Below, piece after piece: positions 26,094 to 38,500 of a stretch of 64,000 nt of DNA (position 1 is its first letter; every line of letters begins with the position of its first letter). The translations under genes and the position numbers were made by a program. Origin of the DNA: Patescibacteria group bacterium (lineage in GTDB: Bacteria; Patescibacteriota; Minisyncoccia; Phycocordibacterales; SBAW01); contig JAGWOD010000001.1 of NCBI GenBank assembly GCA_028871115.1, positions 4,736-68,735 of the forward strand, in the 5' to 3' direction. The notes under the pieces were generated by a model that was given only the letters and a program-made list of their open reading frames with translations, made no database searches and was not told the origin of the DNA.

Positions 26094-28334
26094 ATGCGTT
26101 TGAAAAGTATAGAGCTCTCTGGGTTTAAATCATTTGCCAAAAAAACTGAGCTCAAATTTGACTCCTCTATAACGGCCATTGTTGGTCCTAATGGATCAGG
26201 CAAAAGCAATATTGCCGAGGCATTCCGTTTTGTGTTGGGTGAGCAGTCTATGAAATCCATGCGCGGCAGGCGTGGCGAGGATCTCATCTGGAATGGTTCG
26301 CCTGCGATGGGACGGGCGGGAAGGGCCTCAGTACGATTAGTGCTCGACAATGCTGATCGAGTGCTCAATCTTGATTTCGACGAGGTGCAATTTGAACGCG
26401 TTGTCCATAGGGATGGCAGCAACGATTACCTTCTCAATGGGAGCACGGTACGCCTGCGGGATATCGCCGAGCTTCTGGCGCATGCAGGTATTGGATCATC
26501 TGGGCATCATATTATTTCGCAAGGTGAAGCTGACCGTATACTCAGCGCTTCTCCTCGCGATCGGCGCGAAATGATAGAGGACGCTCTCGGACTCACTGCA
26601 TATCTCTACAAACGAGAAGATGCGGAGCGAAAACTCGAAAAAGCGCAGGAGAATATGCGTGAAGTCGAAGCGTTGCGCCGCGAATTGGCACCACACTTGA
26701 AGTTTCTCTCAGGTCAGGTCAAAAAGATAGAAGAAGGGGAAAAACTTCGCGAGGAGCTTGCCAATGCCTACGTAGAATACCTGAAGCGCGAAAAACTCTA
26801 TCTTGTAGAGACAAAAGAAGCCCTTGCCGCTGATGAATCTAGCCCCAGCAAGGAGCGGCATGATATTGAGAACCGAATACAGAAATTACGGGATGGCCTT
26901 GCGAGTAAGGCAAAGAGCGATGAGAGCGCTCACGAACTCGTTCGCTTGGAGAAAGAAGGAAGCATAACGCGCGGGCAGCGCGAAGAGCTTACGCGTGAGA
27001 TTGGCCGCCTTGAAGGAGAGCTCATTGCTCGGGAATCGATTGCCAAGCGTTCAGAAGGCGCCACGATTCCCGCAAAAAAGGCTGCTGCATTTGCTGAGGA
27101 AATTGCTGCGGCACTTGAAGAGGCTAAGGAATTTGATCTACAAGCTCTCCAAAAGACTGTTGCTTCTCTTGTCCATCGTGTCCGTGAGTTTGCTCGTTCG
27201 ATACTGCATAGCGAAGGCGGAGAAGATACAGAATCACTTGGAGAGCTCAAAGAAAGAAAACAAAAACTTGAAAAGGAGTTGCACGATATCCAATCGCAAG
27301 AAGAAAGAAACCGCAGATCTGTCTCGAACTTGCGTGAAGACATAGAGTCGAAAAAAGATGCGTCGCGGCAGGCTGAGCGTGAGCTCTTTTCTGCTATGGC
27401 CCGCCGCAGTGAACTTGAGAGCATTCTTGCAGGGATTGCCACGCGGAAGGAAGCTTTGGCACGAGACGAAGAGCGTTTTAAAGAGGAGCTGCGTGAAGGG
27501 GGTGTCTTAATCGGCCGGGGGATATTGGGGTATGAATCATTTGAACTTGAGAGAGGCAAGGTGCAGACAAAGGAGTCTATTCTGGAGGATCGTTCGCAGC
27601 AGGAAGTTCGTCGTCGAAAGCTAGAGCGTCTCAAGATTCGACTTGAAGAAGCTGATACCTTGGGGGGCGCTGAAGTACTTAAGGAGCATCATGAAACAAG
27701 AGAGCGAGATGAATTTCTCGGACGTGAACTAAGTGACCTGCAAACATCGGCTGAATCTCTTCGTGCACTTATTGCCGAATTAACGGAGACGCTCGAGGGA
27801 CGCTTTGCTCAAGGTATTGAGACTATCACCCTTCAATTCAGCGAATTTTTTAAACTTATGTTCGGCGGGGGAGAGGCAAAGCTCTATATCGTGAAAGAGC
27901 ACAGAGTGCGTAGACAAGCATCCTCCGAAGCAGAATATGAAGAGGGGGAAGAAGACGGTGAAGATGATGCAGAGCTCGAAGAAGGAGTGGAAATCTCAGT
28001 CAATTTGCCCCACAAGCGTGTCAAAGGGCTCCATATGCTCTCCGGTGGGGAGCGAGCACTCACGTCAATCGCACTTATCTTTGCAATGAGCCAGGTAAAT
28101 CCGCCACCCTTTCTTATTCTTGATGAGACAGATGCGGCGCTTGATGAAGCGAACTCAAGGCGCTATGGCGATATGATAGAAACTCTCGCGCGCAAATCAC
28201 AGCTTATTTTGATAACGCATAACCGAGAAACCATGAGCCGGGCGGGGATTCTGTATGGTATTACGATGGGCAGCGAAGGTGTCTCGAAGCTTCTCTCGGT
28301 TCGGTTTGAAGAGGCTCTCAGCGTGGCAAAATAA
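26094..28334 (+). CDS. smc: Chromosome segregation protein SMC (shortened coiled coil, ~747 aa)
   Basis: Walker A (GPNGSGKSN), long coiled coil, signature LSGGERALTSIA, Walker B (ILDETDAALD). Confidence 0.85.
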   Translation: MRLKSIELSGFKSFAKKTELKFDSSITAIVGPNGSGKSNIAEAFRFVLGEQSMKSMRGRRGEDLIWNGSPAMGRAGRASVRLVLDNADRVLNLDFDEVQFERVVHRDGSNDYLLNGSTVRLRDIAELLAHAGIGSSGHHIISQGEADRILSASPRDRREMIEDALGLTAYLYKREDAERKLEKAQENMREVEALRRELAPHLKFLSGQVKKIEEGEKLREELANAYVEYLKREKLYLVETKEALAADESSPSKERHDIENRIQKLRDGLASKAKSDESAHELVRLEKEGSITRGQREELTREIGRLEGELIARESIAKRSEGATIPAKKAAAFAEEIAAALEEAKEFDLQALQKTVASLVHRVREFARSILHSEGGEDTESLGELKERKQKLEKELHDIQSQEERNRRSVSNLREDIESKKDASRQAERELFSAMARRSELESILAGIATRKEALARDEERFKEELREGGVLIGRGILGYESFELERGKVQTKESILEDRSQQEVRRRKLERLKIRLEEADTLGGAEVLKEHHETRERDEFLGRELSDLQTSAESLRALIAELTETLEGRFAQGIETITLQFSEFFKLMFGGGEAKLYIVKEHRVRRQASSEAEYEEGEEDGEDDAELEEGVEISVNLPHKRVKGLHMLSGGERALTSIALIFAMSQVNPPPFLILDETDAALDEANSRRYGDMIETLARKSQLILITHNRETMSRAGILYGITMGSEGVSKLLSVRFEEALSVAK

Positions 28335-28403
28335 AAAGACTGGTCTTACTATGGATAGTGTTCCCTCCACTCATGGAGGGAAAAGTTCTTTCGGAGGGGA
28401 ATA

Positions 28404-28706
28404 ATGCGCTTTAAGAAGCCACCTGCCACTCTAGCAGAACGGACAGTATCGGGTTCCTACGAAGTCGCCTGGGGCGTCGTCGATTCGGCGGACATGCGAT
28501 GGGCTCCGTTTCTGTTGCGTCTTCGGAACCGTGTCCAAGACGACTGGGAAGTGCCCAAGAACGCAAATACAGTGCTTGATGTCAGCGCGGATCTCTACGC
28601 GCTTGGGGTTATTCCCAAAGGAGTCAAGATTCCGACTAGCCCGAGCGAACTTCAAGAGCTCCTGAATTCCATGGGCTCCACGCAGGCCTCCGAGCCAGTC
28701 TCCTAG
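28404..28706 (+). CDS. Hypothetical small protein
   Basis: GGAGGGG SD 4 nt upstream of the ATG. It overlaps the convergent rnr stop by 4 nt. Confidence 0.4.
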   Translation: MRFKKPPATLAERTVSGSYEVAWGVVDSADMRWAPFLLRLRNRVQDDWEVPKNANTVLDVSADLYALGVIPKGVKIPTSPSELQELLNSMGSTQASEPVS

Positions 28707-30676
28707 ACTAAGACGAAATCAATAGTACGTGCGGAGACATCTGCACCAACTAGCTTCACGCGCACTCGGTCTCCGAGTGCGATTTTTTTATTGGTACGGT
28801 CTCCAACAATTGCGTATTCTTTGGGATTGTAGCGATAATAATCGCCTTCAATGCTCGCAACGCGCACAAGTCCTTCACATGCGGTATGTTTCTCCTCCAC
28901 GTACACTCCCCATTCGGTGGTACCCGAAACTGTGCCCTCGAAAATCTCTCCAATTTTGCTCGTCATGAACTCTACTTGCTTATAACGGATGCTGTCGCGC
29001 TCGGCATCTGTTGCTTTCGCTTCTTGCAGAGAGGCGGCGATACACATTTTTTCGAGTGCTCCGTATTCTTTGTGTGTTATCGGTTTGTTGTTGAGATGCG
29101 AGCCAAGGATGCGGTGTACAAGAATATCCGGATATCGGCGGATAGGGGAGGTGAAGTGTGTGTAGTATTCAAATGAGAGTCCGAAATGGCCAATATTTTT
29201 AGTTGAGTAGATCGCTTTTGCCATAGAGCGCAGTGTAGCGGTGCGTATAAGCTGCTCCTCCGGCTTTCCCTCAATGCTATCGAGGAGAACCTGTATATCA
29301 CGGGCGCTGTAGTGCGCACGGCCCTTTTTTACGTGCCCAAATTCATACCCTAGTGCACGCACGAAGACAGCGAGCTCTTCAATCCGGTCCTCTTTAGGTT
29401 GATCGTGGATGCGGTATAGAAAGACGAGTCCATGTTCCGGATTCTTCTGTGCAAGTTTTGAAACATACTGCGCCACTTCACGATTCGCAAGAAGCATAAA
29501 TTCCTCAATGAGTGAATTTGTTTCAAGCCGTTCTTTACGAGTGATCGCCAGAGGACGGCCATGCTCGTCGAGCGTAAAACGGACCTCGTTTTCGCCGAAA
29601 TCGATAGCCCCCTCTCGTTCACGCTCTCTCTTAAGTGTTCTGCCAAGTGAGCGTAGTATTTCAAGTTCCTTGAAATACGGACCCGCTTTCTTAGTAAGTA
29701 CCTCTTGTGCAGCTTCATAGGTAAAGCGCTTATCAGAGCGAATGATAGTTTTTTTGAATTGTCGATCGAGCACTTCCGCTTTTTGATTCAGGCGAAATAT
29801 AGCCGAAAAGGCAAGGCGATCTTCACCTTCCCGTAGGCTACAGACATTACCTGAGAGCTCATTGGGCACCATGGGGATGGTCGTGTCGACTAGATATACC
29901 GAAGTGCCCCGTTTACGGGCTTCAGCGTCAAGCGCTGATCCTTCCTTTACGAAGAACGACGCGTCGGCGATATGGATACCTATTTCAAACTCTCCATTCC
30001 CAAGTTCTTGTACCGAGAGAGCGTCATCGAAATCTTTTGCATCCGGAGGATCAATGGTGAACGTGGGTATGGTGCGGCAGTCAAAACGTTTAGAAGCTTC
30101 CTCTGCAATAATATGTGTGTGATCTTTTTCGATCTGCTGTGCTTCGCGCACAACCTCAGGGAGAAACTGTGTGGAGAAACCATGTTCGAGCACAATGGCA
30201 TTCATTTCGGTACGATGCTCGCCGGCACGTCCAAGAGCCTGAAGCACCTTGCCCTGCGGATCCTCGACACCATTGAAGGAGATAAGCTCAACAAGTATTT
30301 TCTCTCCTTCTTTACCAGTACCGGAATCCTTAAGAAGGATAGGGCGATAGAAACGGACATCATCGGGCAATGCCACCCATTGCCTGCCATTTCTTTTAAG
30401 TGTGCACACGAATGTGTCGCGAGCTCGCGAGATCACTCGGATAATTTTGCCGTGCGGGCGAAGGGGAGCCCGGAGTCCTTTACCACGCCCTGGACGCAGC
30501 TCAATCACCTCGACTTCTACTTCGTCGCCGTTGAGCGCGCCACCGAGAGCCTCAGTGGCAATTTCGATGTCTTCGTGTTCGGGCCACGCGACATAGCCCG
30601 TTCCTTTACGGGTGATCTGAACGATACCGCTTACTCGGGCTTGCCGAGGCGGCCTATTGGTCTTTTCCTTCTGCAT
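28703..30676 (-). CDS. rnr: Ribonuclease R (RNB family 3'-5' exoribonuclease with a C-terminal S1 domain)
   Basis: Cold-shock-like N-terminus, RNB catalytic domain (DIDPPDAKDFDDA) and a C-terminal S1 domain. Confidence 0.85.
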   Translation of the reverse strand: MQKEKTNRPPRQARVSGIVQITRKGTGYVAWPEHEDIEIATEALGGALNGDEVEVEVIELRPGRGKGLRAPLRPHGKIIRVISRARDTFVCTLKRNGRQWVALPDDVRFYRPILLKDSGTGKEGEKILVELISFNGVEDPQGKVLQALGRAGEHRTEMNAIVLEHGFSTQFLPEVVREAQQIEKDHTHIIAEEASKRFDCRTIPTFTIDPPDAKDFDDALSVQELGNGEFEIGIHIADASFFVKEGSALDAEARKRGTSVYLVDTTIPMVPNELSGNVCSLREGEDRLAFSAIFRLNQKAEVLDRQFKKTIIRSDKRFTYEAAQEVLTKKAGPYFKELEILRSLGRTLKREREREGAIDFGENEVRFTLDEHGRPLAITRKERLETNSLIEEFMLLANREVAQYVSKLAQKNPEHGLVFLYRIHDQPKEDRIEELAVFVRALGYEFGHVKKGRAHYSARDIQVLLDSIEGKPEEQLIRTATLRSMAKAIYSTKNIGHFGLSFEYYTHFTSPIRRYPDILVHRILGSHLNNKPITHKEYGALEKMCIAASLQEAKATDAERDSIRYKQVEFMTSKIGEIFEGTVSGTTEWGVYVEEKHTACEGLVRVASIEGDYYRYNPKEYAIVGDRTNKKIALGDRVRVKLVGADVSARTIDFVLV

Positions 30677-30809
30677 AGAGAAAACAGTGCTTCAATGATA
30701 CTACAAAATTTCTTTCCTGACAAATGCAGGAGAGCTGCTTCATTGACCCACGAGCTCTTCTTTGATAAAGTCTTTTTATCCCGCTCACGCGGGATGTTTT
30801 AAACAACAC

Positions 30810-31175
30810 ATGATCACTATTCGACTCCAGCGCCGCGGACGAAAGAACGACCCGAGCTTCCGGGTTATTGTCGTTGACTCCAAGCGCAGTATGAAGACTG
30901 GCAGTTACCTTGAGATGGTGGGGTCATACGATCCTCGGACCGACAGAATCGAGCTTAACGCTGAGCGTATCGCACACTGGATGAGCCATGGTGCCAAGGC
31001 TTCTGATACAGTACACAACCTCCTTGTCTCTCAGAAGATCATCGATGCGAAGAAGATTAACGTACTTCCAAGAAAGACCCCTTCCAAGAAAGAAGAGGCA
31101 CCCGTATCTCTTGAAACTACGGCCCAACCGCCGGCAACTGCCGAAGCTGTGGGCAGTGATGTTGCGCCCCAGTGA
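30810..31175 (+). CDS. rpsP: 30S ribosomal protein S16
   Basis: MITIRLQRRGRKNDPSFRVIVVDSKRS signature. The start is placed at the ATG at 30810. Confidence 0.85.
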   Translation: MITIRLQRRGRKNDPSFRVIVVDSKRSMKTGSYLEMVGSYDPRTDRIELNAERIAHWMSHGAKASDTVHNLLVSQKIIDAKKINVLPRKTPSKKEEAPVSLETTAQPPATAEAVGSDVAPQ

Positions 31176-31222
31176 CCTACTGCTACAATTTCACTAGTTA
31201 TTAATCAACTACATATACTGCA

Positions 31223-31588
31223 ATGGTGGAAAAAGATCAGGAGTTCTTGGAGTTCGTCATCAAAGGTCTTGTCGATCATCCAAACGAGGTAAAAATTAAC
31301 CGTACGGTTGACGAGATGGGTGTTTTGCTGACTCTGGATCTCAATGCGGAAGATATGGGCAAGGTCATCGGTCGTTCAGGCAACACTGCCAAGGCCATCC
31401 GGACTCTTTTGCGAGTCGTAGGGATGAAAAACAATGCCCGTGTGAATCTCAAGATTAACGAGCCAGCAGGAGGTATGCGCAGTGGTGCACCTTCCATGGC
31501 TGAGTATCGCGCTGAGAACCCTGCGCCTTCTCAAAGCCCCGCAATGAAGTCGGTTGATGAAGCTATGGAAGAGTTGGGAAGTTTCTAA
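31223..31588 (+). CDS. KH-domain RNA-binding protein (UPF0109/YlqC-like)
   Basis: KH fold with GKVIGRSGNTAKAIR. This gene has a conserved position after rpsP. Confidence 0.8.
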   Translation: MVEKDQEFLEFVIKGLVDHPNEVKINRTVDEMGVLLTLDLNAEDMGKVIGRSGNTAKAIRTLLRVVGMKNNARVNLKINEPAGGMRSGAPSMAEYRAENPAPSQSPAMKSVDEAMEELGSF

Positions 31589-31612
31589 TTTTAAAAAAAA
31601 GACAGAACTCAA

Positions 31613-31646
31613 AAACCGCGCTACAGTAGTAGCGCGGTTTTTTCTT
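31613..31646 (+). terminator. Strong Rho-independent terminator
   Basis: 11-bp perfect stem AACCGCGCTAC-AGTA-GTAGCGCGGTT followed by TTTTTT. Confidence 0.75.
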
Positions 31647-31677
31647 GTGAAGGGAAAATGCCCCAGACGATAGATAT

Positions 31678-32340
31678 ATGAAAAAGAATTTCCATATCAT
31701 AACTCTTTTTCCTGAAGTAATTGAAAGCTATACAAAGGTATCGATACTTGGACGTGCACAAAAAAATAAGATCCTCTCTGTCAACACTTATCAGCTTCGT
31801 GACTTTGCTCAAAATCGATGGGGGAAAGTAGATGAACGTGCCTATGGTGGAGGCCCGGGTATGATTCTTCGTGCTGAGCCTATAGTTAGAGCAGTTAATG
31901 CAATCCGCAAAAACAAGCCAAGAGCAACAGTGCTCATTATGTCTGCGGGCGGCAAGCCTTTTACGAACGCTCTTGCTCGCGTATACGCAAAAAATCATAA
32001 CGATGTAATAATCGTCTCTGGTCGCTACGAAGGGCTTGATGCGCGGGTGAAGAAAATACTCGGGGCACAGGAGATTTCTGTGGGCCCCTATATTCTTACG
32101 GGGGGAGAGATTCCCGCTCTTGCTGTCATTGATGCGGTGTCACGGCATATTCCTGGGGTGCTCGGAAAATATGAATCTCTCGAAGAAGGAAGAGTTGCTT
32201 CCCATGACGTTTATACCCGCCCCGAAATTCTCCTATATCGGGGCAAGAAATACCGCGTTCCCAAAGTACTCCTATCGGGCCACCATGCAAAAATTGATGA
32301 ACTTCGAGGCCGCAGGCGTAGTCTGGGGAAAAATACTTGA
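31678..32340 (+). CDS. trmD: tRNA (guanine37-N1)-methyltransferase
   Basis: SPOUT/TrmD motifs (IITLFPE, YGGGPGM, SGRYEGLDARV). Confidence 0.9.
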   Translation: MKKNFHIITLFPEVIESYTKVSILGRAQKNKILSVNTYQLRDFAQNRWGKVDERAYGGGPGMILRAEPIVRAVNAIRKNKPRATVLIMSAGGKPFTNALARVYAKNHNDVIIVSGRYEGLDARVKKILGAQEISVGPYILTGGEIPALAVIDAVSRHIPGVLGKYESLEEGRVASHDVYTRPEILLYRGKKYRVPKVLLSGHHAKIDELRGRRRSLGKNT

Positions 32341-32365
32341 CGTACAAGCCCCTTTTGCTATACTG
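32338..32365 (+). promoter_or_regulatory. Near-consensus sigma70 promoter for rpoBC (TTGACG-N16-TGCTATACT), with a ~200-nt untranslated leader
   Basis: ttgacg at 32338-32343 and an extended -10 tgctatact at 32357-32365. The fused rpoBC ATG is at 32570. Confidence 0.6.
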
Positions 32366-32569
32366 GATAGCGAAACAAGGGGGTAAGCGATTGAGTAGTA
32401 GGACTCGCGTTTCAAACAATAGAATAGTGCTTTGAGGTTAAGACCCGAAGCTTATTGAAACAGATAGGCAAGGGCGCTTTGTGCGTCTGCTATTTTCGTG
32501 TTTCTAGGACAACCCCAGTCTTTATTTTCCTGTTTTTAATTATCTATTCATATAACTACGCTACGCCGT

Positions 32570-35500
32570 ATGCGCGAACAAAAATTCTTCAAACGGCATA
32601 ACCCCTCTCGCGTCGCCACTCCCAATCTTGTGGCTGACCAAATCCGCTCCTTCGAGTGGCTCCTCAAGGAGGGCATCCGAGAGACTTTCAAAGAATTTAC
32701 ACCTATCAAAGACTATTCCGGTAAGAAATTCGATCTTGAGTTTTCTAAGATTGAGATCGGCGAGCCGAAATTTGACGAACACTACGCGAAAGACCAGAAA
32801 CTCACCTACGACGCGCCGATACGGGCTATCGTTCGACTCACGAATAAAACATCAGGCGAAAAGAAGGAGCAGGAGATATTTCTTGCGGATATCCCTGTAA
32901 TGACTCCGCACGGCACCTTCATTATAAACGGTGTCGAACGAGTCATTGTGCCGCAGCTTGCTCGCTCCTACGGTGTGTTCTTTACTGCTGAAGAACTTAA
33001 AGGAAAGAAGCATTTTGGTGCAAAGATTATTCCCGCACGCGGTGTTTGGATCGAAATAGAAGCGGATGCCGATGGCATGCTCTCTGTCCGCATCGATCGC
33101 AAGCGCAAGTTTCCAGCTATATCGCTTCTGCGCGTACTGGGTGCTCGTTATGATAGTGACCTCAAATCGCTTTTCAGCCACGCTTCCTATGAGAAACGCT
33201 GGGTAGAAGCTGCAATGGAGAAAGATCCTGCAAAAACTGTTGAAGAGGCTTACATAGAGATACATAAGCGATTGCGCGACGGAGATCTTGCTACTGCAAA
33301 AAATGCGCAAGACTATATAACTGCTCTCTTTAGTGAAGAGCGATACGATCTTTCCCCAGTAGGACGTTTCCGTTTCAACCAGCGCTTTGGAAAGTCATTG
33401 GGCGTTCAAGAACTTACCCGCAAAACCCTCAGTCTCGATGACGTAGTCACCACGCTGCGTCATTTGCTCATGCTCGAAAATACTCCCGACGCGATGGAAG
33501 ATAACATCGATCACCTCGGCTCCCGCCGCGTCCGCTACGTAGGAGAGACACTCCAGAGCCGTGTCCGTGTGGGACTCACTCACATGAAGCGCAACATCCA
33601 GGACCGTATGTCGACCATAGATGCGGAGGCTTCGCTTCCCGTCCAATTCGTCAATCCGCGCCCGCTTCAGGCCCGTATCAAAGAATTCTTCACCACCAAC
33701 CAGCTCTCTCAGTTCATGCAGCAGGAGAATGCACTTGCGGAGCTTGAGCATTTGCGTACCTTCTCAGCTCTTGGCCCTGGCGGTCTTACCCGTGAGCGCG
33801 CAGGTTTTGAGGTGCGCGATGTGCACCCTTCACACTACGGGCGCCTTTGCCCCATTCATACTCCAGAAGGTCCGAACATCGGACTCATTCTGCGTCTTTC
33901 GACGTTCGCACGTCTCAATGAGTTCGGCATGATAGAGACGCCTTACGCGAAAGTGGCCAATGGCACCGTGACGAACGAAATCATATATCTCAACGCTGCA
34001 GAGGAAGAAAATGAAAAGATAGCCCACGGCGCGACAGAACTTCATGGAGACGGCAGAATCGTCGAAGAGATGGTGGAAGTGCGCTTCAAGGGGGCTCCTG
34101 TACGCGTGCCTCGCGCCGAAGTCAAATATACGGATGTTTCTCCTCAACAGCCCTTCTCCATCGCGACATCAATGATTCCGTTTCTTGAGCATGATGATGC
34201 AAACCGAGCGCTCATGGGTTCAAACATGCAGAAACAGGCGATTCCCTGTCTCATTCCTGAAGCTCCGCTTGTTGCCACCGGCATGGAGGAAACTGCAGCA
34301 CATGATACGGGACGCTTAGTATTTGCTCTTGAGGGGGGCACGGTGGCGGAGGTTGATGGACGACACATTTCAGTAAAAAACGATAAAGGAAAAGAGACAA
34401 AATACCCTCTCATCAATTTTGTGCGTACCAACGGGTTCACGGCGCTCCATCATCGCCCTATCGTTTCTGTAGGAGAGAAGGTTAAAAAAGGACAACTTCT
34501 CGCTGATGCTTCCTCCACCGATGGAGGACAGCTTGCACTTGGACAAAACGTCATGGTGGCATTCATGACGTGGTCAGGTGCTAATTACGAGGATGCCATC
34601 ATTATTTCTGAGCGTCTCGTAAAAGACAGCAAATTTTCAACCATCAATATTGAGGAGTTTGTCTGCAACGTACGGGATACGAAGCTCGGAGCCGAGGAGA
34701 CAACGCACGACATACCCAATGTTTCAGAAACGAAGCTCCGTAACCTCGACGAGGAAGGCGTCGTACGCATCGGCTCAGAAGTCCGCCCTGGCGATATATT
34801 GGTTGGCAAGATAACACCCAAAGGCGAAACCCAACTCACGCCGGAAGAGCGGCTGTTGCGATCTATTTTCGGCGAGAAGGCCCGTGACGTGAAGGATTCA
34901 AGCCTCCGTATGGAGAACGGCAAACGAGGCCGGGTTATCGGAGTAAAAGTCTTTTCCCGAGAAGCAGGACATCAGCTTGAATCTGGCATACTCAAGCGCA
35001 TCCATATTGAAGTAGCACAACTGCGAGCGGTCTCCGTAGGAGATAAGCTTGCAGGCCGCCACGGCAACAAGGGCGTCATTTCCCGTATTCTTCCTGAAGA
35101 AGATATGCCCTACACCTCCGATGGTCGACCTGTCGATGTCATTTTGACACCGCTTGGTGTTCCTTCGCGTATGAATCTCGGACAGATTCTCGAGCTCCAT
35201 CTTGGACTCGCGGCCAATACCCTCAAGTACCAGGCAATCTGCCCTCCGTTTGCAGGAGCAACTGAAGAGGAAATTCGCAGCGAACTCAAGCAAGCTGGCT
35301 TCAATGAAAATGGGAAAATGAGGCTCTTTGACGGCCGGACGGGCGAGCAATTTGAACAGGAGATCGCCGTTGGATACATGTATATCCTCAAGCTCCATCA
35401 TATGGTCGAGGATAAGATCCACATGCGCTCTATCGGTCCTTATTCCCTCATCACGCAACAGCCTCTCGGCGGCAAGGCTCAAGGCGGCGGACAGCGCTTT

Positions 35501-38500
35501 GGAGAAATGGAAGTATGGGCACTTCTTGGCTATGGCGCTGCCTATACGCTGCGCGAGATGCTCACGGTGAAATCCGACGACATCATGGGTCGTTCAGCGG
35601 CATTCGACTCTCTTGTGCGCGGGGAACGTATTGCACACCACTACGCTCCAGCATCATTCAACGTGCTCTTGCATACCTTGCGTGGTCTCGCGCTTGATGT
35701 TGAGCTCCTCCGGGGGACTGCACCTATCCGTAGCGGCAAGAAAACTCCTGGAGCAGAGATCGGAGATTTTGACGCAGTGCGTATAAGACCTGCCTCTCCT
35801 GAGAGAATTGGCGAATGGTCCTATGGAGAAGTTACAAAGCCTGAAACTATCAACTACCGCACCCAGCGTCCGGAGAAGAACTCCCTCTTTGATGAGAAGA
35901 TATTCGGGCCTGAGAAAGACTACGAATGCTATTGCGGAAAATATCGAGGCATACGCTACAAGGGCATTGTCTGCGAGAAATGCGGTGTTGAGCTCACTCG
36001 GGCTATTGTGCGTCGCGAGCGTATGGGGCACGTCGATCTCGCAGTCCCTGTCGCGCATGTGTGGTTCTTGCGTGGCATTCCGTCGCGACTCGCCATGACT
36101 CTGGGTATCTCTGCCGCCGATCTTGAAAAGGTCGCCTATTTTGCGGGGTATATCATCATCTCGGTCAATGAAAAGGAACGTGAGCGTATCAGCAAAGAGC
36201 TTGAGAGCGAATACAAGACCAAGCTCAAGGCGCTTCAGGACGAGAAATCGAAGGAGAAGATCAAAGAGCTTTTTCTTGAAGCCAAGCGCGATATCGATGC
36301 ACTGCGGATCGGTACAGTTCTCGACGAGGCTCGATATCACCGCTACGCCATAAAATATGGTGCTGCGTTCGAAGCGGGAATTGGTGCAGAGGCACTTTAC
36401 AATTTCTGCAAAGGCCTCGATCTCAAAATGATGGAGCGTGCTACCGCTAAGGCCTTCGAGGAGGCTGGTTCTGCCGAACGCGAGAAATTGAGCAAACGAC
36501 TCTCACTCATGCGCGGCATGATACGAGCCAACGTGCGTCCCGAATGGATGTTCCTCACCCGCATTCCTATTATTCCGCCGGGCTTGCGCCCCATGGTGGC
36601 ACTTGATGGTGGCCGCCACGCGACCTCGGATGTTAATGATCTTTATCGTCGTGTCATCAATCGCAACAATCGTCTCAAGAAGCTCATAGATATTCATGCG
36701 CCTGATGTAATTCTGCGCAATGAAAAACGAATCCTCCAGGAGGCAGTAGATGCTCTTATTGATAATTCAATCCGCCATGGTGGAGCGGCGTATTCCGCGA
36801 CCACACAGGCTCGCACCCGTCCGCTGAAGTCTCTCTCAGATAACCTCAAAGGCAAGCACGGCCTCTTCCGACAAAACCTTCTCGGCAAGCGAGTCGATTA
36901 CTCTGGCCGATCGGTCATTGTGGTAGGCCCTGAACTCAAACTCAACCAGTGCGGTCTTCCCAAACACATGGCGCTTGAACTCTTCCGTCCCTTTATCATC
37001 GGCAAACTTCTTGAGAGAGAACTTGCCTACAATATTCGTGGTGCTGGACGTCTTATTGATGAAGGGGTACCTGAGGTGTGGGCTATTCTTGAAGATGTCA
37101 TAAAGGATAAGTACGTGCTTCTCAACCGCGCGCCTACCCTCCACCGCTTGGGTATTCAGGCCTTCCAGCCGGTTCTTATTGAAGGCAACGCGATACAGCT
37201 TCACCCGCTTGTATGTCCTGCTTTTAACGCTGACTTCGATGGTGACCAGATGGCAGTACACGTGCCACTTTCGCCTGAAGCACAAGCCGAAGCACGTGAA
37301 ATTATGGCGGCTCCTAAGAACATCCTCAAGCCCGGAGATGGCCAGCCGGTAGTTGCCTCCAAACTTCTCGATATTTTGCTCGGTGCTTATTGGATGACCA
37401 AGGAAGTGGAAAAAGCTAAAGGGGAGGGAATGGCCTTCTCAAGCCCTAATGCTGCCATATTGGCCTACGATTACGGTGCTGTTGGCTTCCAAGCAAAGAT
37501 CAAAGTCCTTCCTTCGGAGAAAGAGAAGTACGCACAGTTTGGGAATTCTCTTTTTGAGACGACCGTAGGACGCCTGCTCTTCAATACGGTATTCCCCTCG
37601 GATTATCCCTATGTAAACGCGGCCATTGATAAGAAAGGCCTTGCTCGGCTCGTTGATGATCTTATCGCCCGGTACGGTCTCGAGAGAATACCTGAGATCA
37701 TGGATCGCATTAAGGCGTTCGGATTTCGCTACGTTACACAGTCGGGTATTACCTGGTCCCTCGACGATATTCGTGTGCCGAAGGAGAAGCGGGAAATTGT
37801 CGCTGCCGCACAGAAGCGATCCGATGAAATCGTCAAACATTGGGAAGAAGGCCTTCTCTCCCAGGAAGAGCGCTACCGCATGAATATTGAGGTCTGGCAC
37901 GCGGCAAAGGCTGAAGTCGAGAAGCTCATACCTGCGACACTTCCAATTAACGGCTCAGTCTCCGACATGTTGCGCTCCGGTGCTCGCGGTTCTATTGCCC
38001 AGGTAACGCAAATGGCGGGCATGAAGGGTCTTATTGCTTCTCCAACTGGCGAGGCTATCGAATTTCCGATCACCACCTCCATGAAAGAGGGTCTTTCGCC
38101 GATTGAATACTTCATTACCACCCACGGCTCTCGAAAAGGACTCACTGATACTGCTCTTCAAACTGCAAAAGCTGGGTATCTCACTCGACGTTTGTTTGAC
38201 GTGGCGCAAGACATTGTCGTAGGGGAGGAAGACTGCGGAACTAGTGAAGGTCTCGCTGTGCGCCGCGAGAGCGCATCAGGAATCGGTACCTTCCTCGCAA
38301 GCAATATTCGAGGACGTTTCCTTGCTGGAGATGTCGCGGACGCGAAGGGCACTATTCTCTTCAAGAAAGGTCATTTTACGACAGCGCCAGATGCAAAAAA
38401 GATTGAGGAATCGGGAGCCCCCTCCGTATATGTTCGCTCCCCAGTCGGATGTAAATCACAACGAGGCATTTGTATTCACTGCTATGGAGCAGATCTTGCA

